This document shows, in pieces, positions 10,777 through 20,918 of a DNA stretch of 64,000 nucleotides. The stretch's first letter is position 1. Each line of letters starts with the position of its first letter. The position numbers and the translations under genes were made by a program. The notes below the pieces were generated by a model that saw nothing but the letters and a program-made list of their open reading frames with translations, had not been told where the DNA came from and made no database searches. Origin of the DNA: Zygnema circumcarinatum SAG 698-1b (taxonomy: Eukaryota > Plantae > Zygnematophyceae); NCBI GenBank assembly GCA_037447605.1, contig CM074816.1:1454525-1518524 (forward strand), in the 5' to 3' direction.

Positions 10777-13480
10777 GCCTCTCTCTCTCTCTCCCTCTCT
10801 CCCGTGCAGATGAAGAGCGAGACGAAGAGCCTTCAAGGAGAGGGAGAAGCACGACTTCAGGACCTCCTCGCCGCCCTCTCCAGGTCAGGAAAAAAAAAAT
10901 TCAAATTCTTCCCTGAAGAACTATTCAAAAGTAGAGGTCAAGAAAGAAAAGGAGGACAACGGTTTATTATATACGAAAGATTGAAAATGTTTTGGGATTA
11001 TTTTTCTTTTGCAGCTTTCGCTCGGACGTTATGGAAAGATTCAGCAAAATGGAATTTGAAATTGCGACCTTTGCCGAGGTTTGCATCCCGAGCTGATTTT
11101 CAAATTAGCTTCTATCGATCCATAAATGAAGAAAGGGAGAGAGATATGAAATCAAAAGAAAAAGAAGAAATCGATAAAACTGAACTGTTCTACTATATGA
11201 AATTTCAAATTGAGGCGAAATAGAGGAATTTTATTTTATGATTTATTTATTTTTTTGCGAGCAGGAGGACGCTGGGCGGCTCGAGGCGCTCGTGGCGGAG
11301 AGGCATCGAATCGACACCGAACTGAGGGAGGTGGCGGCGGTCATGCGCTTCCTGCAGGTGGGAGGGAGGGAGGGAGGGAGGGGAGGGAGGGAGGGAGGGA
11401 GGGAGGGGAAGGGGAGGGGAGGGGGAGGGAGGGAGGGGGAGGAGGAGGGAGGGGAGGGAGGGAGGGGAGGGAGGGAGGGGGAGGGAGGGGAGGGGAGGGG
11501 GAGGGGGGAGGGAGGGAGGGGGAGGGGGGAGGGAGGGGAGGGGAGGGGGGAGGGAGTGGGGGAGGGAGGGAGGGGGGGAGGGAGGGAGGGAGGGAGGGGG
11601 GAGGGGGAGGGGGAGGGGGGAGGGGGAGGGGGAGGGGGAGGGGGAGGGCTGGGATTGGAGAGGGAGAGGAGAGGACGAGTTCAGGGGGCCGAGGGGCGAA
11701 GGGGAGAGGGGGAGAAGGGAACGAGGGGGGGGAGGTGGAGAAATAGGGAGAGGAGGCGAGAGAGAGAGGAGGGAAAGCTAAAGGTTCAGTTTTTTCAAAG
11801 CTCAAAATTCGGCTGTTCTTGTCAACTTCCATTATTTCTTATTTATTTCGCTTCCTTGTTTTTTTTCAGTCCATTTTTTTGTGAACTTCTTCTGTTTTGC
11901 AGGTCGACATCGGCAAAATGAATGAATTCGCACTAAATAACAATAACAATAATTCCACCATAACGAATAGCGGTACGGTCGGAGCTTCATTGGCTCCTCC
12001 AAGTCCGCCTCAACCCGAAAGTGAAGGCATGAAGGAGGCTATCACCGAAACCACTAGGAATGCGGAGGTGGCTAAAAAAGAGTTAACCACGACTTTCACT
12101 AATACGACTACCACTGAACATCCCACCAATTCTACCTGTACGTTTGCCCGTCCTGAGAGGCAGTGGGGTAATAGTAATACCTTCGTGGAGACATCTATTG
12201 GAGGAGCTTCTCCTACTCCCTCCCTCCCACCTCCCACTAACTCTACTACCACTACCCCTACCACTGTTTCAGCTAAGGAAGAGGAAGCTTCGGCGAAGAC
12301 TACTACCACTGAGAAGACCTCTATTTTGGCTCCATCGCCACCAATCAGATCCCTTGAAACTCGAAATTCTCTTTTCTCCTCTCCCTTGCATATTGAGTCT
12401 TTCGCCGGAGGAGTTGTACCTCAAGCAAAAGCTCTCTCTCTACCGGACCTTCACTCTCTTCAGAGAAGGTTTCTTCAGAGCCAAGAAGTAGAGGCCCATA
12501 GAGATTTCCAATACCTTCTAGAAGCTTCTTCTTTCCCATACTCTCAGCCTCTTAATATTTCCCATTTACAAGATTTGGCTTTTACCCTACAGGCGGGTGT
12601 TCAACAGCAGCAATTTAGGCCCTCAAATTTCCCTATGACAATTTCTGCTCTCCATCAGCTTATGTCTCAACAAGTAAATTGGAAGGCAGCTACCCCAGAG
12701 CAAGGATCTGCCTTTGAAACTAGCCCGAAAAATAATTACAATGTTGGGCCGAAGCAGATGCTTAAATCTTCATCGAGCCCCACCTTCACTCCAAGTATTA
12801 CGAAGGCTCCCTCGGAACCCTCTATTTTGAGCAAGAGAGGGGGAAAGGGAGAGGGAGAAGGAGTGGGAGAGGGAGTGGGAGAGGGAGTGGGAGAGGGTGT
12901 GGGAGAGGGAGAGGGAGGGAGAGTGAGGCGGCTAGGAACAAGCCTCTCGTTTCCGGGAACTGGAAATCTTGGAAACTTGAGAAATTTGGGAAATTCGAGT
13001 CCTCTCCACTACGACCAGAGTCGTCCTTCTAAGAATTCGAAAAACTCGACTTTTTTTTCTGAACGAGTGGTTTCCGATCAGGGAGTGAAAGGACCTCTTT
13101 CCCAGCGGCTTACAAGGGAAGGGAATGCTGAAATTTTTCACAATGGGGCAGGAAATCGCAGTGTGCAGGAAATGGCGGTACCCTGCCAGAGAAATTTGCA
13201 GCCTGCCCGGAAAAGTTTTCAGAGTTTAGGGGAGGTTGTGGGAGGAGTGCAAATTCCGGCGAATTCTGTACGGGCAGCTGCCCGTAAAGAGGTGAAGAAT
13301 GAGTCGAAGAGAAGTGGAATTCGTGGGAAGGGAGAGGGAGAGGGAGTGGGAGAGGGAGAGGGAGAGGGGACAGCGGTAACATCATCTTGGCTTGCTCTAC
13401 ATACTCCCGGGAATGGTAGTGAGAAGGGAGAGAAGCCACAAAGGAGCCTGCAGACGAAAGGAAATCCACCTCTGAGTTGA
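2037..13480 (+). CDS. SWI1: BAH-domain + SWITCH1/DYAD/AMEIOTIC1-family protein, 17 exons, ~1,630 aa. Exons: 2037-2154, 2527-2635, 2895-2956, 3145-3241, 3372-3460, 3887-4183, 4596-4843, 5409-6820, 7451-7701, 9074-9195, 9580-9694, 10110-10214, 10524-10592, 10810-10883, 11015-11078, 11265-11357, 11903-13480
   Basis: All 16 introns are GT-AG and junction phases match, except that exon 9 has local indels (extra base near 7465, missing base near 7530, garbled 7655-7700). SWI1/AM1 motifs: [51 protein letters not shown]......[72 protein letters not shown], then coiled-coil exons and a long disordered last exon. Confidence 0.85.
7702..8865 (+). repeat. ~1.15-kb almost pure G/A low-complexity tract in intron 9 (G-quadruplex/H-DNA prone)
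   Basis: GGGAGG/GGAGGG-type repeats directly after the donor at 7702. Similar tracts occur in many introns, e.g. 11358-11760, 16260-16870, 31050-31880. Confidence 0.9.
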
Positions 13481-14649
13481 TCCTATTCCACACTTGTGAC
13501 TTGATCCCGTTCCACGTCAGTTGATGCGATGGTCCTCATCTGAAACTGCATCTGTTTTTCTCGATATATGGAACAAAGGAATCTCTTTAGAAGAGTTTTG
13601 TTGTGTTTCTTCTCTAGAGAAGTGGGTTTTAGAGACCAGCTAGTTTGTTGGTTGTGAATAGAATGATCACATCATTTGAACACATGGCAGGCATCACATC
13701 ATTTCACAGCTATGACGTGCTGCTTCTGGAAGGAGCGGGTGAAGGTCCTAGGCTTCAGTGTATCTTGTCGTTTTGCAGTGTGGGTTTTTAGGTGTTTAGG
13801 GCATCTGGGGTTCAGCAAAGCTGAAACTCTCACGTTTTGTAAAGTTTCATAGGTTCCGAAGGGGACTGCTGTACGGTACTAGTCTCAAACCTCGAACCTC
13901 TCACATCCTCGGGTGATGATTTGAAGTGTTTTTTTTTTCCGAACATGAGAAGGGGGCAGAAGGGACTACAGTTCTTTGCCGGTTTAGGTGTTGTGCATGT
14001 GCCTTAGGTAGATATGGAATGGCTTGGATTGGACGCATGCTATTGGGAATGAATTTCAAAACCTCACCCAAATCGACAGTGGATGGGCATCAACCATTTC
14101 ATGCACTGTGTAGCATGGCCTGGCATGGCATGATAGATGGTGATGTTTGGATGGATGCACGGATGGATGTGTGCATGTGCATGCATGCATGCACAAATGG
14201 TGTTTCTGCATCTCTCTCATAGAACTTGCTCACGTTCCCCATTTCTTTATTTCTCGTTGCTCCAAAGGGACTATCCGTCTGTTCCTTTCAAGACCTGGTC
14301 ATGAATTTGGCTTTAGTCCACAGCACACTTGTGAAGTTGTTTCAAAAAGAGCACGAGCTCCCTTTGTTAATTCCAACACATCCCTAATAACCCTAAAACC
14401 CTCCTAACCCTAAACCCTAAACCCTAAAGCCTACAAACCTCGTCAAAATCTTTTATTTCGAAGCAAATGCCCTTGCCTTCTGCTCTCTCGATCACTTCCT
14501 TCCTCTTGTCGCGGTCAACCTAAAACTGGTCGCCATAGAAGCCCTCACCTGCCTTAATCTTCTTCTTTTTATTACCCTCCCTCCTCCCATCACTAATTTC
14601 CCCATCCTCCAAAATTCCTTTCCTTTTTTTTTTTTTCCCCACCTCCCTT

Positions 14650-17519
14650 TCACCTCTTCTTCCCTTCCCTTTCCGTCGGCGGTTTAGAAAACCCGTGGGG
14701 CTTTGTGGCTGCCACAGATAGTGATGACGTCATGCTTGCAACAGCGACTGACGTCAGCAAAACTCGGAGAGGAAGGTACCTGCGGATTAAGGAAAAACCA
14801 AAGCGATTTTTTTTTTGTTTAGTTAAAAACCTCCCTAGATTGTTACCATCCATTTTTTTTTTTTTTTTCATTGTTTGCCTTCATTTTGGTGTTTGTTTAA
14901 ACGTGTGAGGAGTCGCATAGAAGCGCAGTTTTCAGTTAGGGTTTAAGGAAACTGGAACTGAACGATAACGGAACGACGAGAATCTATGATTGGAATTTCA
15001 TTTTTTATTATTTAAAAAAGCAAATTGTCTCACCATTTGGGTACAAACTTATTCATCGCAAAAGCCGCGTCCACTCCCAAAGCCTGAACCCAGAAATAGT
15101 CCAAAAAAAAAAAAAACCCCGTGAGAAGATAAAAATCATTTTACGTAGGGGAGTGAGGTTTAACTGAACGGATTTTTGCCGCATGGAACACGCACCAGCC
15201 CGAAAGAGGAGATGAGCAGAGCGAATTTCTGGACAGGTGGCAGCAGGAGAGCGGGCCACGCCAGCAGAGAGGGGACCACACTCCACGCATATCTGAACAG
15301 TACAGAGGATAAAAAAAAAAAAAAAAAATTTGAAGGAGAAACAAAAGTAAAGGAGAAAGAAAATGGCAGATTTTGTGATTTTAACATTTTTATCGACAGT
15401 TTGAGCTTGCGAGGTGTTCTAGGGTTTTCGGGTTTCTAAGTTTTTCCAGGTTCTAGTTTTTTATAATTTTTAGGTTCAACTATCTTGGGTTTCTGGTCTT
15501 CATAGAAACTTTCAGGGCTTAGAGCCTAAACTCAAAATATTTTTGCTGCTCGAAAATTTACGGTTTTTAGGGCTTACCTGGCAGTGGAGAGAGTGAAGTT
15601 GGAAACAGCATGGCCTGGAGACGCTGCAAACGACAAAAAAACAACCCAACACCCACTTTTGTACTCATTAACTTTTGAACAAAAAAAAAAAAACCCAAGA
15701 ATTATCACTGTAAATTCGACTTTTCAGCTTAAAAACTGAGTTTTTTTTTCAGCGACACTCACCTGCATGCGAGGCCATCGCCAGCCCCCAGTGGGGCCCA
15801 CCCAGAAACGACAAAATACAGACGGCGTATGCGGCTTGCGCCTCCAACTCTCTCCCTCTCAGCGCATCCTGAACTCGGGAAAGGGGAAAGGGGGGGGGGC
15901 AATAAGGATGAAAATAAGGAATTTATCTTCCAAAGGAAATCAAAGGATAGAAGGAAAAGGGGGGAGGGAGAGAGGCCTCTCTCTCTCTCTCCCACTCTCT
16001 CTCTCACTCTCCCACTCACAGGGAGAGGAGCGTACGCCGACACGGGCGGCGCGAGGGCGACGAATGGGATCGCGCCACCTAAGCCGAGCGCCAACGGCAC
16101 GACCGGCACACGTGCGAGCACGCCCGCCGCCGCCACAACGCGCTTCCATGTGCGCAGTACAACGCTCTCGCGTTGAGCCGCCACGAACACGAAACTGTTT
16201 CCATGCAGCGGCTGGGAGGGAGAGCGGCCCGGGAGGGGGGGGGCAGACTGAACACATGGGACAGGAGGGAGGGGAGGGGGGTAAGGGTGAGGGAGAGGGA
16301 GAGGGAGGGGGGGGAGGGAGGGGGAGAGAGGGAGGAGGGGCGGGGGAAGGGGGAGCGAGAGGAAGGAGAGGCGGGGGAAGGGGGAGAGAAAGGGAGGAGG
16401 GGCGGGGGAAGGGAGAAGTGAGTGAAGAGGGACAAGGGAAGGGGGAGAGAGAGGGAGGAGGGGCGGGGGAAGGGAAGAGAGAGGGAGGAGGGGCGGGGGA
16501 AGGGAAGAGGGAGGGAGGAGGGGCGGGGAAAGGGAGAAGAGAGGGAGGAGGGACGGGGGAAGGGGGAGAGAGGGAGGAGGGGCGGGGGAAGGGGGAGAGA
16601 GAGGACGGAGGGGCGGGGGAAGGGGGAGAGAAAGGGAGGAGGGGGCGGGGGAAGGGAGAAGAGAGGAGGACGAGCGGGGGAAGTGAGATGGAGAGGGAGA
16701 GGGAGAGGGAACAGGGGAGAGGGCGAGAAAGAGTGGAGGTAAGAGGGAAAGCGATGGGGAAGGACAGAGAGGAGGGAAAGGGAGGGCGAGGAAGGGGAGG
16801 AGTGGGAGGGAGAGAGTGGGAGTAAGCGGGAGAGAGAGGGCAAGGGAGGGAGAGACAGGGAGAGAGGGGAAGTCGAAAGGAGACAGCTTTCTGTTATGGG
16901 TTCGACGGAGCTCACTTTCTGCAAAGGGTCAAATTGTTCGCTCTCCTTCGGTGATGTGCTGACGTGTCGCCGCGCTATTGATTGAGGGATCTGCATTTTG
17001 CATTTTCAGAGGAGGAAGTACAAATGGCGGCGAAAATGAAAATGAAATAAAGAGATAAGACGAACTTCTGGAAAATAAACTCCACTTTTTGATTGGGAGC
17101 GAGAGAGGGAGAGAGAGAGAGAGAGGGAGAAAGAGAGGGAGGTAGAGGGAGAGAAAGAGAAAGAGGGAGGGGAGGGAAAGGAAGAGAAGGAGAGAGAGAG
17201 TGGGAGGAAGAGGGAGAGAGGGCGGGAGAGAGAGGGAGAATAGAGATCGAGTGAGAGAGAGAGAAAATAAACCTACCTCTTTCCTCACCCCCACCGCCTC
17301 CCCCACTGCCCCCTTCCCCAAAACCCTCTTCCCAGACTGCAACGTGGCCCCACTCAGCTGCTGCCAGCTGGCAGCCAGCAGCAGCCCCCCCTTGTGACAG
17401 CTGTCACGCTCTCCTCCCCGGGGGGGTTCAGCGGGGTTCAGGACCGGCCGCGGTCGGAGGGCGTGCGGGCCGCGGGGCGAGAGCAGGCGCTTCAGGGCGG
17501 CGCGGCTGAAGCGCCGCAT
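14650..17519 (-). CDS. DUF3429 / TMEM69-like membrane protein with probable organellar transit peptide, 8 exons: 17519-17277, 16990-16916, 16211-16020, 15868-15763, 15623-15578, 15292-15196, 15083-15034, 14779-14650
   Basis: All junctions are GT-AG and phase-consistent. Motifs: VPVVPLALGLGGAIPFVAL, AQAAYAVCILSFLGGPHWGLAM, RYAWSVVPSLLAWPALLL, VDAAFA...PKWYLPLRVLLTSVA. The N-terminus MRRFSRAALKRLLSPRG is Arg/Ser-rich; the start codon is less certain. Confidence 0.85.
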
Positions 17520-17524
17520 TCTGG

Positions 17525-17650
17525 GAACACGTGGCGGACGATCGACAGGACAGGTGGCGCGGGTTGCCACGTGGCAGGCCTGCAGCTGGGGGAGGGTGCC
17601 ACGTGGGGAGCTAGAGAGGGGGAAGGGGGGGGGGTGCTACGTGGCACGGT
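17525..17650. promoter_or_regulatory. G-box/ABRE cluster immediately upstream of the DUF3429 gene
   Basis: CACGTG at 17528, 17568 and 17600, plus TACGTGGC near 17638, all within ~130 bp of the ATG at 17519. Confidence 0.55.
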
Positions 17651-18009
17651 CGGAGAGGGAGAGGGAGAGAGGGAGAGGGAGAGGCCTTCCCGCCTAAAAA
17701 TTTCATGCCGGGAGGTGACGTCAGAAAGTTGGCAGTTTGAAAAATTTTCAGTTTCATGACATCATGACGTTTGATATGGCGTAGGGATGTAATACTAGGC
17801 GCACCTCCCGAGCAAACAATAAATGCCACGTGGCTTTTTGTGTACACGAGGCACAATACCATTGGTTTGTTTTCAACAATAAGTTCACTCCGAGGAAATG
17901 GCTGTACGGACAATTGACGCACTATGACCGTACCGTACGAAACGAAAAAACGTCTCGAAACCACGAAAATGTCAAAAGTCCGTACAAAGGGACTCTTACA
18001 GTTTTAAAT

Positions 18010-18713
18010 GGAAAATTCTATTCTCACACCTTTTTTGTCTACACACAGACCTTCTTTCGCCGGGCAGGTCTTAAAATAATAATATAAGGATTAACAACAA
18101 AAAATGCTCTTTTCACACTTTTTATGGAATCGACACACACCCGTTTTCCGTCGGGCAGAGTTCTTACTTTTTTTACAATCCGCTCGGAGCGGAAGATCCG
18201 TCCGCCACGAGATCGGTCGCGGGTGTGCGTCCTTCACACGTGCGGTTAATCTCAGCCGTCAATTCTCTTGCAGATCGCACCACGGTAGATCACCGTTCGA
18301 TCTGCAGCCGGGCTCGATCCCAGCGAATGGCACGCGCCCACGTGTCACACAAGGACCTTTGAGCCAGCTTGTGTGTGACACGTGGGCACGTGCCATTCGC
18401 TGGGATCGAGCCCGGCTGCAGATCGAACGGTGATCTACCGTGGTGCGATCTGCAAGAGAATTGACGGCTGAGATTAACCGCACGTGTGAAGGACGCACAC
18501 CCGCGACCGATCTCGTGGCGGACGGATCTTCCTCTCCGAGCGGATTGTAACAAAAGTAAGAACTCTGCCCGACGGAAAACGGGTGTGTGTCGATTCCAAA
18601 AAAAGTGTGAAAAGAGCATTTTTTGTTGTTAATCCTTTTTTTACTATTTTAAGACCTGCCCGGCGAAAGAAGGTCTGTGTGTAGACAAAAAAGGTGTGAG
18701 AATAGAATTTTCC
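18010..18713. mobile_element. Foldback (near-perfect ~345-bp inverted arms) non-autonomous DNA transposon, MULE- or hAT-like
   Basis: Starts GGAAAATTCTATTCTCAC and ends GTGAGAATAGAATTTTCC. Arms meet at a ~14-nt loop near 18355-18368. Exact 8-bp flanking direct repeat TTTTAAAT at 18002-18009 and 18714-18721. Confidence 0.85.
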
Positions 18714-18748
18714 TTTTAAATTTCTGAGTTAGAACGTTTTAATATTTA

Positions 18749-19795
18749 GGAAAATGATACAGCGGCCCCACTCTTTGGATATCGGCGCCCCCTTTTGGGA
18801 AAAATTGTACTTTTTTTTTTTGGCTAATCACCCCCCTCCTTGGATCTTTCGGGAGGAGAGATCTTGTAGACAATCGGACCCCGCGCCTCGCGCGCAGGAT
18901 CCGACCGTGCACCGACGTACGGCGCCGCGCATCGCGGCGTGGCCCGTGAGATGCGGCGAGCCTACGGAAAAGTTGTCCTCACCTGACCCGTTTGGGTCAG
19001 AGGTTGCCACGTGGCAGTCTGCCATTGGACAGCCCTGCTGCCGGTCCCCCATGCCGATACAGTGGACCCCCATAATATTTTCCACCTTGTACAGTGCGTC
19101 CCCAAGAAATTCGCCCCGATTTTGCCGAAACCACCTTTTTGTACGGTAACTCAATGTTAACGTATTAGGGGTGTTAACCTAACCTGACCTATTCTCCAAT
19201 ACAAAATCTGTTAATCGAAACGGATTTCAAACATGGGTCACGCTTTTGCGCTGTACGGTAAGTACGAATAAAATCTCTAATTCGTACGGTATACGTACGG
19301 CACCAATAGGAGCTCGTGCATTTAAATCACGGTATGATACGATACGATACGATACGTACGAACAGACATGAACTCTAACATAATACCGCTCGCCTATTTG
19401 TAACACGGACCTTATATTTGCAAATTACAATATTTTCGCCCAGTATTTGCCGAAACCATGGCGAAAATATTGTTGGGGTCCACTGTATCGGCATGGGGGA
19501 CCGGCAGCAGGGCTGTCCAATGGCAGACTGCCACGTGGCAACCTCGACCCAAACCGGTCAGGTGAGGACAACTTTTCCGTAGGCTCGCCGCATCTCGCGG
19601 GCCACGCCGCGATGCGCGGCGCCGTACGTCGGTGCACAGTCGGATCCTGCTCGTGAGGCGCGGGGTCCGATTGTCTACAAGATCTCTCCTCCCGAAAGAT
19701 CCAAGGAGGGGGGTGATTAGCCAAAAAAAAAAAGTACAATTTTTCCCAAAAGGGGGCGCCGATATCCAAAGAGTGGGGCCGCTGTATCATTTTCC
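18749..19795. mobile_element. Second foldback element (~310-bp inverted arms, GGAAAATG...CATTTTCC) carrying a nested MITE
   Basis: 18749-19059 is the reverse complement of 19486-19795 with few mismatches. Same terminal 7-mer as the neighbouring element but unrelated internal sequence. No clean target-site duplication seen. Confidence 0.75.
19060..19485. mobile_element. Tc1/mariner (pogo-like) MITE, 426 bp
   Basis: TIRs CAGTGGACCCC...GGGGTCCACTG with TA on both sides. A related copy lies at 32584-33024 in the opposite orientation with different flanks. Confidence 0.75.
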
Positions 19796-20918
19796 TTTAT
19801 AAAACGGCCTGACTTTTAGAAATTTTGTGTGGAACTCTAAATACACGACCGACACTGCGTTTTTCCTAAGCACGAGTGAGGGTTGGAAGGCACGTGGTAC
19901 GGGGTGGATGACGTCATGTCTTGTCTTGTGTAAAGCATGATCCAATCACAGCACTCCACGTCGGATTACATCTTACGTGGCACATGTCATCAAAGCCATG
20001 TTGACAAGGCGCTCTATGCTGACTCCGACTCATGCGCCCACATGCCCATGCCCATGCCCATGCCCATGCCATGCCATGGCATGTTCCTCCATAGACGATT
20101 CAAGATTTGACAACTCAAATTTTCATGCTAAATTCAAATTCAACATGAAAATTACATTTCTGGCCCCTACGAAAACATGTCAGCTTAAAAAAACAAGGTG
20201 TGCCATGCCATGGAGCATATGTGACCATGTGACGTCACCAGGTAGTTCCAAAAAACAGGATTTCTATGCAATACCAAAATGGAGATTACTCAGCAATGGA
20301 AAAATGCTCTTCAGGAAGGGGGGGAGGGGGGAGGGGGGACGAGGGAGAGGGGGAGGGGGAGAAAGGGGAGGGAGAGGGTACAAGAGATTCAAAGAGGAGG
20401 AGGGGGACTCGAGGAGAGGTGAAGATTTCAGCATGGGAAATATGGTTCAGGTTGAACGGAACTGAAGCATATGCGGATGACAGCAGGCCCCTTCAAAAAA
20501 TTGAAACCCCTCAAAATCTCCCATTTCAGCACCTTCTCACGATGAACATCAAACCTCCGTACCAGCTCCCATTCATACTGTCAGATCTGAATTCCAATTG
20601 CATTGGTTCTCTTCGAATATCCGGAGAGAAAATTTCATCCAAATTAAAAAAATAGAATGCCTCCTTCTGGCCTAATTTCCGTATTCCTTCGCCTCCATCT
20701 CATTCTCCCACTCCCTGACCCCTCTCCCCTCCTCTCCCTATCCCACCTCCCTTCCCACAATCTCCTCCCTCTCTCCCTCCTGTTTCACTCTCTCATCCAC
20801 CTCTCCCCCCTCTCCCTCCCCCTCTCCCTCCCCCTCTCCCTCCCCCTCTCCCTCCCATTCCCCCTCTCCCTCTCCCTCCCCCTCTCCCACCTCTCCCACT
20901 CGATCTCCCTCCTTACCC

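Noticed and set aside
2037-13480. Calling BAH-SWI1 a pseudogene
   Set aside because: Sixteen of 17 exons are intact with correct phases; the lesions are confined to one exon beside an error-prone G tract.
18104-19790. ORFs 18104-18433, 18290-18619, 18754-19149 and 19425-19790 as genes
   Set aside because: Mirror-image translations of the palindrome arms, with no recognisable transposase or other domain.
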